Shown here piece by piece: positions 7,804 through 16,324 of a stretch of DNA of 32,000 nucleotides. This DNA is from Pseudodesulfovibrio mercurii. Its GTDB lineage: Bacteria; Desulfobacterota; Desulfovibrionia; Desulfovibrionales; Desulfovibrionaceae. The stretch spans positions 30,001 to 62,000 of the forward strand of contig NC_016803.1 of the NCBI RefSeq assembly GCF_000189295.2, read 5' to 3'. Made by a program: the position numbers and the translations under genes. How positions within the stretch are numbered: the first letter of the stretch is position 1; each line of letters begins with the position of its first letter. The notes under the pieces are model-generated. The model did no database searches, was not told where the DNA came from, and saw only the letters and a list, made by a program, of their open reading frames with translations.

Positions 7804-10800
7804 GTGACTGTGAAATATGTCAAAAGCATAGCCTGGCCCCTGGCGGCCGCCCTTGTCTTGGGACTGATCCTGGCCGATCCCGCCCAAGCCCTGCGGGTGG
7901 ATTTTTCTTCCCAGGGCGGTGGAGATAGGCTGGTTTTCGCTTTTGATTCCGCGACGTTGCCCAAGTCGTCCGTGGCCCGGACAGGCAAGACGTCCGTGAA
8001 GGTCCTGCTGCCTGTCGGCATCTGGGACCGCGAGGCCAGGCCCGAGTCCCGGAATTTCCCCGGCAGGCTGGTCAAATCCATGGCCATCACGGACAACGGG
8101 GTGGAGATCACCACCTCGACCGACGCCTTCGGCTACATCCGCGTGCCCGAGCAGGGCAAACCCGAATTTGTGCTCCAGGTCTATGGCGACCCCATCGGCG
8201 CGCGCTGGCAATCGCCCGACGCGCCGCCCGCCCGGACCGCCCAGGCCGCCCGGATCGCGACCCCGGCCGTGAAACCCCAGGTTGCCCAGGCCGCGAAAGC
8301 CCCGGCGGCCGCGCCGGCGAAAGCCCCGGCCGTTCCGGCTCCCGAACCCAAGGCCCCCACGGCCGCCGATGTGGCCCGCAATCTTTCCACGGTCCGTCCG
8401 GACCAGCCCGGCCCGGCGCGGGCCGAGGCGGACCTGCCGCCCGAGACCCCGCCCGCCGACCGCAAGCCGTTTTTCGCGGTGCCCTATTCCGTGCGCGACG
8501 AGGTTAAGGCCCCCGGCGACCAGACGGCCGCCCCGGCAGGGGGCGCGGCGCCCGCCGAGACCGTGACCGGCGACTATCCGCCCGCCAGCGAACTGCGCTT
8601 CAAGGCGGTGAACAAGTCGGCGGAACAAGTGAAATTCGCGGAACTGGCCGGTGACGCCGGGACCGGTTCCCCGGCGGCCGCGCCGGCCGGGACCGACGCC
8701 GAACCGGCCGCCGAACCGGCCATGCGCCAGGCCGTGACGCCCCCGCAGCAGGGAGGTGCGCCCGAGCCGCAACCAGCCGTCGAAGTTCCTGCCCCGGCGC
8801 AGGAGCCCCAGGCCGCCAACGAGGTGGTCGCCGAGGTGACGCCGCCCCCGGCCCCGGTCGAGGTCTCGGGCGCGGGCCAGGCGGGTGGCGCTGTGTCGCC
8901 GCCTCCGCCGCCGGTATCCGGTGCGGGACAGGCTGGCGGCGCGGTTTCGCCGCCTCCGCCTCCGGCCGCCCCGAGCGCCCCGATCGCCGAGACAGTACAG
9001 CCGGTTGAGCCGCCCGTGCAGCCCGTGGCCGAACAGCCCGCCCCCGAAGTCCAGCCCGAGGCCGAACAGGCCGCGCAGCCGGCAGAGGCCGCGCAGCCGG
9101 AGCAGGCCGCCGCACCCGGCGCCGAGGGAGCGCCCGCCCCGGAATTGTCGCCCGAGGAAAAGGAGAAGGCCCGGCTTGAGGCCATCAACGATAAGCTGGG
9201 CGAGGCCCAGTCCCTGATGTTCAACGGGGCCCTGGACGAGGCCCTGCCCCTGTTCGAGGACATCCTCAAGCAGCCCAAGCTGCCGGACGACGTGCGCGAG
9301 GAGACCCTGTACGCCGTGGCCGACATCAAGAAGCAGCTCGACGCGAACGACCTGCCGGGCAAGTTCGACGAGGTGGCCCAGGCGTACATCCAGGCCATGA
9401 ACGCCAACCTGCGCTCCAACCGCGTGCCGCGCGCCCTGCTCAACCTCGGTCTGCTCAACCTCCAGGTGGGCAACTTCCCCGAGGCCCGGGCCTATTTCAA
9501 GATCCTGCAGGACAAGTACCCGGACGACGACAACATTCCGTCCATCAGCTACTACTGGGGCGAATACTGGTACCGCAAGGGCGACTACAAGAAGGCCGCC
9601 GACCAGTTCCAGCAGCTCATCCAGACCTATCCCGAGCACCAGCTGGCCAAGCAGGCGGCCTATTACCTGGCCGATTCCCTGGACCGGTTGGGCTACCTGG
9701 ACCAGGCCTACCAGATCGTGGACTACATCGACAAACGCTGGCCCGACTACTACATGGAAAACATGGAGTTCCTGCGGTTGGCGGGCGGCGTGGAGATGCA
9801 GCTCAAGAAGTGGGACCCGGCCAAGAATCACTATTTCACCTACTACAACCTGAACCCCGAGGCCGACGGCGCGGACGTGGTCCTGGCCCGCATCGGGGAC
9901 ATCTATCTTCGCAAGAATCAGAAGGACGCGGCCAAGCAGGTCTACGAGAAGGCGGTCAAGGATTTCCCGGACAAGGAGGGCGGGCTCATCGCCAAGATGC
10001 GTCTGGCCGAGGAGGGCATCTACGACGATCCGGCCATGAACGAGATGGTCGATGTCTTCAACCGCCCGTACAACCTCAATCCCAAGCGGGTCTACACCGA
10101 GATCGTTTCGCAGCACCCGGACAGCCCGTTGGCCCCCATCGCCCAGCTCAAGCTGGCCATGTGGCACGCCTTCCACAAGCAGTACCCCGAGGCGCTGACC
10201 GCCGCCCAGGACCTCATCGAGAAGTACCCGGACAGCCCGCTGGCGGACAAGGCCCGGACGCTCGGCGACTCGGTCTTTGTCAGGGCCGTGCCCGGCATGC
10301 TCGCCGAGCAGCGCTACGGCCGCATCGTCCGCTACTGGGAGACCTACGACTTCATCGGCAAGAAGGACTCCAAGGTCGACGACAACACCCGGCTCGCCAT
10401 CGCCACCAGCTACTGGAAGATCGGCCAGCCCGCCAAGGCCCTGGAGCTGCTCAAACCGTATCTGACCAAGAAGCAGATTCCCGGCATCTCGGACCAGGCC
10501 CTGGGCCTGGCCGTGAACATCCACCTGGACCAGCTGGCCTGGCAGGACATCTCGGACCTGGTGTCCATGGCCTCGAAGAACTGGAAGCTCAAGCCCGAGC
10601 AGCAGCGCCAGCTGGACTACGCCAGGGCCATGGCCCTCCAGAACCTGGGCGACAGCCGACGCGCCGTGACCCTGTGGGCCGATCTGGCCAAGGACATGAC
10701 CGTGGACCCGGCCTTCCGGGCCTACGCCATGTACTACATGGCCAAGGACGCCATGGAGCGCCAGGACCTGCGCCGGGTCTTCGTCTATTCCCAGGAGGCC

Positions 10801-11142
10801 CTATCCCTGCTGCTCCAGACCGACGGCGACCCCGAGAAGATCAAGGATGCCGTGCTCATGTCCATCTACGCCACCGAACGGTCCGGCCGCTACGAGGAGG
10901 CCCTGAAGTGGGCCAGGGAGTATGACAAGTACATCTCCCCGGACAACCCCGAGTGGGCCTCCACCCGGTTCAAGCTGGCCCGCATCTACCGAAAGGCCGG
11001 GGCCATGGACGAGTGGAAGCAGCTCCTGCAGGACATCATCGACAAGAAGCCGGACTCCCTCCAGGCCCAGCTCGCCAAGTCCGCCCTGGAGACCTACGAC
11101 CTCGAACAGAAGGCCAGCCAGTACGCCCCCAATCCGGGGTAG
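7804..11142 (+). CDS. Secreted/periplasmic multi-TPR protein with a beta-rich N-domain and a ~330-aa Pro/Ala-rich linker
   Basis: The 1112-aa ORF has a signal peptide MTVKYVKSIAWPLAAALVLGLILADPAQA. Residues ~130-460 are P/A/E/Q low-complexity. The C-terminal ~650 aa contain many TPR-like repeats (e.g. ALLNLGLLNLQVGNFPEARAYFKILQDKYPDD, YYWGEYWYRKGDYKKAADQFQQLIQTYPEH). The GTG start has no strong SD. Confidence 0.8.
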   Translation: MTVKYVKSIAWPLAAALVLGLILADPAQALRVDFSSQGGGDRLVFAFDSATLPKSSVARTGKTSVKVLLPVGIWDREARPESRNFPGRLVKSMAITDNGVEITTSTDAFGYIRVPEQGKPEFVLQVYGDPIGARWQSPDAPPARTAQAARIATPAVKPQVAQAAKAPAAAPAKAPAVPAPEPKAPTAADVARNLSTVRPDQPGPARAEADLPPETPPADRKPFFAVPYSVRDEVKAPGDQTAAPAGGAAPAETVTGDYPPASELRFKAVNKSAEQVKFAELAGDAGTGSPAAAPAGTDAEPAAEPAMRQAVTPPQQGGAPEPQPAVEVPAPAQEPQAANEVVAEVTPPPAPVEVSGAGQAGGAVSPPPPPVSGAGQAGGAVSPPPPPAAPSAPIAETVQPVEPPVQPVAEQPAPEVQPEAEQAAQPAEAAQPEQAAAPGAEGAPAPELSPEEKEKARLEAINDKLGEAQSLMFNGALDEALPLFEDILKQPKLPDDVREETLYAVADIKKQLDANDLPGKFDEVAQAYIQAMNANLRSNRVPRALLNLGLLNLQVGNFPEARAYFKILQDKYPDDDNIPSISYYWGEYWYRKGDYKKAADQFQQLIQTYPEHQLAKQAAYYLADSLDRLGYLDQAYQIVDYIDKRWPDYYMENMEFLRLAGGVEMQLKKWDPAKNHYFTYYNLNPEADGADVVLARIGDIYLRKNQKDAAKQVYEKAVKDFPDKEGGLIAKMRLAEEGIYDDPAMNEMVDVFNRPYNLNPKRVYTEIVSQHPDSPLAPIAQLKLAMWHAFHKQYPEALTAAQDLIEKYPDSPLADKARTLGDSVFVRAVPGMLAEQRYGRIVRYWETYDFIGKKDSKVDDNTRLAIATSYWKIGQPAKALELLKPYLTKKQIPGISDQALGLAVNIHLDQLAWQDISDLVSMASKNWKLKPEQQRQLDYARAMALQNLGDSRRAVTLWADLAKDMTVDPAFRAYAMYYMAKDAMERQDLRRVFVYSQEALSLLLQTDGDPEKIKDAVLMSIYATERSGRYEEALKWAREYDKYISPDNPEWASTRFKLARIYRKAGAMDEWKQLLQDIIDKKPDSLQAQLAKSALETYDLEQKASQYAPNPG
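8863..8964 (+). repeat. Tandem 51-nt duplication inside the TPR gene, encoding VSGAGQAGGAVSPPPPP twice
   Basis: Units 8863..8913 and 8914..8964 encode identical 17-aa peptides but differ at about 10 third-codon positions. Confidence 0.9.
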
Positions 11143-11278
11143 CGACCGGCCCCGGCCGCCGTTCCCACCTTCGTTTCCCCTTTCTCGCGATTTTTCGCCT
11201 TGCCGGTATGGTTGCCCGCGAAAGTGTGGTACACAGGGGGCGTGGAGTTGTGAAACGCTTGTTCATCGAGGTGGAAAT

Positions 11279-12088
11279 ATGGACAGACATCCCATAGTAG
11301 CCGGGCGGTTTTACGATGCGCAGCCGGACGAATTGTACGCCATGGTGGACGGTTTCCTCGGCCTTGCCGAGAAACGGCAGGCGGAACAGACCCTGCTGGC
11401 CATGGTGCCCCATGCCGGGTACGTCTTTTCCGGGGCGGTCTGCGGCAAGACCCTGGGCACGGCCGACCTCGCGTCCACCGTGCTCCTGCTCGGGCCCAAC
11501 CACACGGGCCGGGGCGAGCGGTTCGCCCTGTGGCCCGACGGGTCCTGGCTCATTCCGGGCGGGTCCCTGGCCGTGGACACCGGGCTGGCCGAGGCGCTGC
11601 TGGCCGCCGATCCGGCCATCATGGCGGACACGGCCGCGCACATGGGCGAGCACTCTCTGGAGGTGGTCCTGCCGTTCCTTTTCCGGCTGAATCCGGCCAC
11701 GACCATCGTGCCCGTGTGCGTCTCCGCGCCGTCCCTGGACTCCCTGGAGCGCGTGGGCCGGGCCGTGGGCAGGGTGTTGGCGGACTATCCCGAGCCCGTG
11801 TCCATAGTGGTCAGCTCGGACATGAGCCACTACATCTCCCACGAGGACGCCCGCGAGATGGACGGCATGGCCCTGGAGCCGATGATGACCCTGGCTCCGG
11901 CCCGGCTCTACGACACCGTGCGCTCCCGGCGCATCTCCATGTGCGGGGTCCTGCCCATGACCATGGGGTTGTTCGCGGCCGGGGAACTGGGTGCGGAGCG
12001 CGCGGAGCTGGTGGCCTACGCCACCTCGGGCGAGGTCTCGGGCGACTTCGAACAGGTGGTGGGCTACGCGGGCGTGCTGGTCGCCTGA
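11279..12088 (+). CDS. MEMO1-family protein (AmmeMemoRadiSam system protein B)
   Basis: MDRHPIVAGRFYDAQPDELYAMVDGFL...MVPHAGYVFSGAVCGKT...LGPNHTG...HMGEHSLEVVLPFL...SSDMSHY...GVLPM are the family motifs. GAGGTGGA lies upstream of ATG 11279. The track ORF start at 10922 overlaps the TPR gene. Confidence 0.9.
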   Translation: MDRHPIVAGRFYDAQPDELYAMVDGFLGLAEKRQAEQTLLAMVPHAGYVFSGAVCGKTLGTADLASTVLLLGPNHTGRGERFALWPDGSWLIPGGSLAVDTGLAEALLAADPAIMADTAAHMGEHSLEVVLPFLFRLNPATTIVPVCVSAPSLDSLERVGRAVGRVLADYPEPVSIVVSSDMSHYISHEDAREMDGMALEPMMTLAPARLYDTVRSRRISMCGVLPMTMGLFAAGELGAERAELVAYATSGEVSGDFEQVVGYAGVLVA

Positions 12089-12112
12089 CCGTCGGACGCC
12101 GCGTTTTTGGCG

Positions 12113-12150
12113 TAGTGAAAAATAAGGCCATCCGATGGATGGCCTTTTTT
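12113..12150. terminator. Bidirectional rho-independent terminator shared by the convergent MEMO gene and the glutaredoxin-like gene
   Basis: Perfect 10-bp stem AAGGCCATCC-GAT-GGATGGCCTT, followed by TTTT on the + strand and by ATTTTTCAC on the - strand. Confidence 0.85.
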
Positions 12151-12154
12151 CGTG

Positions 12155-12171
12155 CCCGGCTGACCGCCGGG
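12155..12171 (-). promoter_or_regulatory. Candidate bacterial SECIS hairpin for the glutaredoxin-like gene
   Basis: The mRNA reads UGA CAC GUC UGA UC CCCGGC-GGUCA-GCCGGG. The 6-bp stem begins exactly 11 nt after the first UGA. The apical loop starts GGUC, as in the minimal E. coli fdhF SECIS. Confidence 0.6.
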
Positions 12172-12173
12172 GA

Positions 12174-12386
12174 TCAGACGTGTCAGGAGCCCCGCTTGAA
12201 GCCGACGCAGGCGTGGCCGTCCTCGACGATGACCGGGATGCGCCGCTGCCCGCCGGAGAGCTTCAGCATCTCCTCCATGTTGGCCTCGGAGGCCAGGACG
12301 TCCACGAAGCGCGCCTCGGGGTGGGCGGCCAGGGCCCGCTTGGTGTGCGGACAGGTGGGTTTGCCGTAGATGACGATCTCGCTCAT
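12174..12386 (-). CDS. Small glutaredoxin-fold protein, probable selenoprotein ending Sec-His-Val-stop (conventional call 12183..12386, 67 aa)
   Basis: MSEIVIYGKPTCPHTKRAL...RRIPVIVEDGHACVGFKRGS shows the Grx fold with CPHT in place of CxxC and the cis-Pro IPV motif. The ORF ends at TGA 12183..12185, followed in frame by CAC GTC TGA and a SECIS-like hairpin. GAGGA lies 6 nt before the ATG. Confidence 0.65.
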
Positions 12387-12469
12387 TGCGGTTCCTCGGT
12401 TTTTTTAAGGCTACCACCCGGTCCCCGGTCCCACAACCCCCAGGGGGACGGCCGGGGGAGGGGGGCCGC

Positions 12470-12508
12470 AAAAAAAAACGCCCTGTCCGGCGGGAGCCGG
12501 GCAGGGCG
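12470..12508 (-). terminator. Rho-independent terminator of pnp
   Basis: The minus strand reads CGCCCUGCCCGGC-UCCC-GCCGGACAGGGCG (12 bp with one mismatch) followed by nine U, 22 nt after the pnp stop. Confidence 0.9.
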
Positions 12509-12530
12509 TCGTGTTTACAGCGTATGGGGC

Positions 12531-14792
12531 CTAGCGGCGGTCGCGGCCACGTCCGCCACGGTCACGGTCACGGTCACGGCCACGTCCGCCACGGTCGCCG
12601 CGATCACCGCGGTCGCCACGGTCGCCACGGTCGCCGCGCGGGGCGGGACGCTTGAAGTCGTCCAGGTTCACTTCCTGGCCGGCCTGCTCCATGAGCCATG
12701 CCTTGCGGGACAGGCGGATGCGTCCGCCGGGCTCCAGGGCGATGCACTTGACCCATACTTCCTGGCCGAGCTGGACGACGTCCTCCACGCGGTCCACGCG
12801 CTCGAAGTCGAGCTGGGAGACGTGCAGCATGCCTTCCTGGCCGGGCAGGATTTCGACCAGCGCGCCGACCTCGAGGATCTTGCGCACCACGCCCTTGTAG
12901 TTCTTGCCGGGCTCGGGCTTCTGGTCGTAGTAGAGGACCATTTCCTTGGCCTTTTCCATGGACGCCAGGGTCGGGGCGAAGATGGAGATCTTGCCGGAAT
13001 CCTCGATGTCGATGTCCGCCTCGGTCTCGGCGGTGATGGCCTTGATGTTCTTGCCGCCGGGTCCGATGACGGAACGGATCTTCTCGGGATCGATGTAGAC
13101 CACGTCCATCTGCGGGGCCAGGGTGGACAGTTCGGGGCGCGGCTTGGCGATGACCTCGGCCATGTGGTCGAGGATGTGGGTGCGCGCCTCCTTGGCCTGC
13201 TGGAGGGCCTTCTTGAGGACGTCCTGCGGGATGCCGGCGATCTTGATGTCCATCTGGATGGCGGTGATGCCGTCACGGGTGCCCGCGACCTTGAAGTCCA
13301 TGTCGCCCAGCGCGTCCTCGTCGCCGAGGATGTCGGTCAGGACGAAGTACTGGTCGCCCTCCTTGCACAGGCCCATGGCGATGCCCGCCACCGGGTCGGA
13401 GATGGGCACGCCCGCGTCCATCAGGGACAGAGTCGCGCCGCACACGGAGGCCATGGACGAGGAGCCGTTGGACTCCATGATCTCGGAGACCACGCGGATG
13501 GTGAACGGGAAGTTCTCCGGGTCCGGGATGACCGGGGTCAGGGCACGTTCGGCCAGGGCGCCGTGGCCGACCTCGCGGCGGGAGGGGCCGCGCAGCATGC
13601 GGGCTTCACCGACGCAGTAGGGCGGGAAATTGTAGTGCAGCATGAACCGCTTGGTGGCGTCGCCGAGCAGGGAGTCGTAGCGCTGCTCGTCCCGGGTGGA
13701 GCCCAGGGTGGCGGTGGCCAGGGAGCAGGTCTCGCCGCGACGGAACAGGGCGGAGCCGTGGGTCTGCTGGAGCACGCCGACCTCGATGGACAGCGGGCGC
13801 ACGGTGGTGGTGTTGCGGCCGTCGATGCGCAGACCTTCCTTGACGATGCGCTCGCGCACGATCTTCTTGGTCATGTCGCCGACGATGTCCTCAACGGCGG
13901 CCAGCTTGGACGGGTCGTCGGGGAACTTTTCGGCCACGGCCACCTTGGCCTTCTGCTTGGCCGCGTCCTTGGCGGCGTAGCGGACCATCTTCTCGGGGGT
14001 GGTCAGGGCCTTCTTGAGGTCGTCGGTGAGGATTTCGCCGAGGTATTCGGCCACCTGCTCGTCGCGCTGGGGCGGAGTGACCTCGAGCTTGGGCACGCCG
14101 ACCTTCTCGCGCAGCTCGTCCTGGATGTCGAAGAGCGGGCGGACCTGCTCATGACCCCAGGCCAGGGCGTCGGCCACCAGGTCCTCGGAGACGAAGTTGC
14201 CGCCGCCCTCGACCATGACCATGGCATCGCGGGTGGCCGCGAAGATCAGGTTCAGGGAGGAGCGCTCCTCGATGCCCTTGTAGGAGGGGTAGAGGACGAA
14301 CTCGTTGTCCACGTAGCCCACGCGGGCGCCGACGATGGGGCCGAGGAAGGGCATCTTGGAGATGTGGCAGGCGGCGGAGGCGCCGGTCAGGGCCAGGACG
14401 TCCGGGTTGACGCGCTTGTCGGCGGACAGGACGGTGGCGATGATCTGGACCTCATCGGTGAAGCCCTTGGCGAACAGGGGCCGGATGGGACGGTCGATGA
14501 GCCGGGAGACCAGGGTCTCGCGCTCGGACGGGCGGCCCACTTCGCGGCGGAAGTAGTTGCCCGGCACGCGACCGGCGGCATAGGCCATTTCCTGGTAGTT
14601 GCAGGTCAGGGGGAAGAAGCCCCGGTCTTCGGCCAGGGGCTGGGTCACGGCGGTGACCAGCACGGTGGTGTCGCCGGACGAGATGGTCACGGCGCCGGAG
14701 GCCTGGCGGGCGTATTTTCCGGTTTCAAGGGTGATGTCGAGATCGCCGACCCTCGCGGTGACGCGGGTGGCGTTGAACGGAATCATCGTCAT
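12531..14792 (-). CDS. pnp: Polyribonucleotide nucleotidyltransferase (PNPase) with an unusual C-terminal RGD/RG-rich tail
   Basis: [35 protein letters not shown]..., two RNase PH domains, KH ([11 protein letters not shown]) and S1 ([15 protein letters not shown]). AGGAG lies 7 nt before ATG 14792. The track ORF start at 14933 is a leader extension. Confidence 0.95.
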   Translation of the reverse strand: MTMIPFNATRVTARVGDLDITLETGKYARQASGAVTISSGDTTVLVTAVTQPLAEDRGFFPLTCNYQEMAYAAGRVPGNYFRREVGRPSERETLVSRLIDRPIRPLFAKGFTDEVQIIATVLSADKRVNPDVLALTGASAACHISKMPFLGPIVGARVGYVDNEFVLYPSYKGIEERSSLNLIFAATRDAMVMVEGGGNFVSEDLVADALAWGHEQVRPLFDIQDELREKVGVPKLEVTPPQRDEQVAEYLGEILTDDLKKALTTPEKMVRYAAKDAAKQKAKVAVAEKFPDDPSKLAAVEDIVGDMTKKIVRERIVKEGLRIDGRNTTTVRPLSIEVGVLQQTHGSALFRRGETCSLATATLGSTRDEQRYDSLLGDATKRFMLHYNFPPYCVGEARMLRGPSRREVGHGALAERALTPVIPDPENFPFTIRVVSEIMESNGSSSMASVCGATLSLMDAGVPISDPVAGIAMGLCKEGDQYFVLTDILGDEDALGDMDFKVAGTRDGITAIQMDIKIAGIPQDVLKKALQQAKEARTHILDHMAEVIAKPRPELSTLAPQMDVVYIDPEKIRSVIGPGGKNIKAITAETEADIDIEDSGKISIFAPTLASMEKAKEMVLYYDQKPEPGKNYKGVVRKILEVGALVEILPGQEGMLHVSQLDFERVDRVEDVVQLGQEVWVKCIALEPGGRIRLSRKAWLMEQAGQEVNLDDFKRPAPRGDRGDRGDRGDRGDRGGRGRDRDRDRGGRGRDRR
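12534..12638 (-). repeat. Short-period coding repeat forming the PNPase tail (RGD)5[20 protein letters not shown]
   Basis: On the + strand, cggccacgtccgccacggtc occurs twice (12544 and 12577). Runs of cacggt and gtcgccacg units are also present. Confidence 0.85.
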
Positions 14793-15005
14793 AGAGATTC
14801 TCCTGCCTTGGATGCAAGGCAATAAAGGTGAATCACTTTCTGCGAGTATCCCTCGGGTGGGGTTAGCCGGCTTGGGGAGGAGCTTTTGGGGCAATGGAAC
14901 CGAATTGGTCCCAAAAACGCCTTCCGCAGCCAACTAAACTGTGCGTGGGGATTTCGGAGCTGGGTCCGGAAAGACGGCTCCGACGCAGAAAGTGACATAC
15001 GTGAC

Positions 15006-15027
15006 GGGGGAGGTGCGACCCTCCCCC
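15006..15027 (-). terminator. GC-rich stem-loop just downstream of rpsO (partial terminator or processing hairpin in the rpsO-pnp spacer)
   Basis: GGGGGAGG-GUCGCA-CCUCCCCC is a perfect 8-bp stem 22 nt after the rpsO stop with no U-tract. A second hairpin, UCGGAGC-N16-GCUCCGA, lies at 14954..14983 in the pnp leader. Confidence 0.35.
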
Positions 15028-15048
15028 GAACATCAATTCTTCAAAGAA

Positions 15049-15318
15049 CTACTTGCGCAGACCAAGGCGACTGATGAGGTCGCGGTAGCGCTGGATGTCC
15101 TTGTTCTGCAAGTACTTGAGCAGCTTGCGGCGCTGGCCGACAAGCTTGAGCAGACCGGTGCGGGAGTGGTGGTCCTTCTTGTGGGTCTTGAAGTGCTCGC
15201 CCAGGTAGGTGATGCGCGCGGTCAGCAGCGCGACCTGGACCTCGGGAGACCCGGTGTCGCCTTCGGCGGTCTTGTACTCGTCGATAATCTTCTGTTTTTC
15301 TTCAGCAGTCATCACCAC
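15049..15318 (-). CDS. rpsO: 30S ribosomal protein S15
   Basis: The 89-aa ...[51 protein letters not shown]... is collinear with E. coli S15. AGGAGG lies 8 nt before GTG 15318; an ATG at 15312 is the alternative start. Confidence 0.95.
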   Translation of the reverse strand: MVMTAEEKQKIIDEYKTAEGDTGSPEVQVALLTARITYLGEHFKTHKKDHHSRTGLLKLVGQRRKLLKYLQNKDIQRYRDLISRLGLRK

Positions 15319-15382
15319 AGCGGTATCCTCCTAAGTTGGATGTTGCTTGTATCGTTTTGCCGGACCGAATGCCCGAAGCGGA

Positions 15383-16324
15383 TCAGTCCCGGTTCCAGAG
15401 TCCCCGGAGAATGGCCCATCTGGGCTTGCCGTCCTGAAGCTTGGCCTCCACCAGTGCCAGGGGTTCGTCGTCGGGACCGAGCAGCATGGCCTGGTCGCCG
15501 AGTTCGCCCGCCAGCAGGGTGCCGGGCTGGTCGGCCACCGGCAGCCAGGACCCGTTCATGACGAGTCCGGCCAGCGGTTCGGTCAACCGAAACCTCGGCC
15601 AGTGGGGCAGGGTGTCCCGCAGGGGGATCACCCGTTCCGGAAACAGCTCCGGATGCTCCAGGACGTCCTCCAGGGAGTAGGCCTGTTCGAGCCGAAAGGG
15701 CTCGCTGGCCTCCCTGACCAGGCTGGTCAGCGCCGCGCCGCACCCCATTCGTGTCCCCAAGCTGTGGACCAGGGATCGTATGTAGGTGCCCGCGGAACAG
15801 CTGACCCTGAATGCCGCGTTGAGCGGATTCGCGTCCAACACTTCCACATGAGAAACAACAATGGGCTTTGTCTTGACCGGTGTCTCCAGGCCCTCGCGGG
15901 CCAGGGCGTACAGCGGCTTGCCCTGGTGTTTGGCAGCCGAATAGGCAGGAACTTCCTGCTCTGTCAACTCTTTCCAAAACAAAATTTCACGTTCGACATC
16001 GCCGGGGGTGGCGTCCACCGGGCATTCTTTGAGGACTTCTCCTTGGATATCAAACGTATCGGTGGTGATTCCGAGCCGAAACGTGCCGGAATAGGTCTTG
16101 GTCCCGCCGGTCAGGTACGGCGCGAGCTTGGTGCCGTTGCCGAGCAGGACCAGGAGCACGCCCTCGGCCATTGGGTCCAGGGTCCCTCCGTGGCCGATCT
16201 TGTACTGCCTGAGGCGGTGCTTGATGTCGTTCAGGCAGGCGGCCGAGGTGGGCCCGGACGGTTTGTTCAGGATCAGCAGGCCGTCGAGCTGGAACGGGCT
16301 GCGCTGGTTGCGTCGGCGTCCCAT
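15383..16324 (-). CDS. truB: tRNA pseudouridine(55) synthase TruB
   Basis: 313 aa with LDGLLILNKPSGPTSAACLNDIK...KIGHGGTLDPMAEGVLLVLLG, including the catalytic Asp motif GTLDP. Confidence 0.95.
   Translation of the reverse strand: MGRRRNQRSPFQLDGLLILNKPSGPTSAACLNDIKHRLRQYKIGHGGTLDPMAEGVLLVLLGNGTKLAPYLTGGTKTYSGTFRLGITTDTFDIQGEVLKECPVDATPGDVEREILFWKELTEQEVPAYSAAKHQGKPLYALAREGLETPVKTKPIVVSHVEVLDANPLNAAFRVSCSAGTYIRSLVHSLGTRMGCGAALTSLVREASEPFRLEQAYSLEDVLEHPELFPERVIPLRDTLPHWPRFRLTEPLAGLVMNGSWLPVADQPGTLLAGELGDQAMLLGPDDEPLALVEAKLQDGKPRWAILRGLWNRD

Noticed and set aside
8190-9170. Repetitive Pro/Ala-coding DNA, and the similar region of infB (~20000..20700), considered as CRISPR-like or minisatellite arrays
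   Set aside because: There is no repeat-spacer periodicity. The repeats are in-frame low-complexity coding sequence within long ORFs that have clear flanking domains.
12135-14825. 896-aa + strand ORF opposite pnp and the glutaredoxin-like gene
   Set aside because: Antisense shadow of PNPase. Its composition is typical of reverse-frame GC-rich sequence, and it runs across an intergenic terminator.
14793-14933. N-terminal extensions offered by the ORF track (pnp from 14933, nrnA from 17419, MEMO gene from 10922, oxidoreductase from 4635, nikR from 2707, DUF503 from 17956)
   Set aside because: In each case an internal Met with an appropriately spaced SD coincides with the conserved family N-terminus, while the extension overlaps an upstream gene, repeat or leader.
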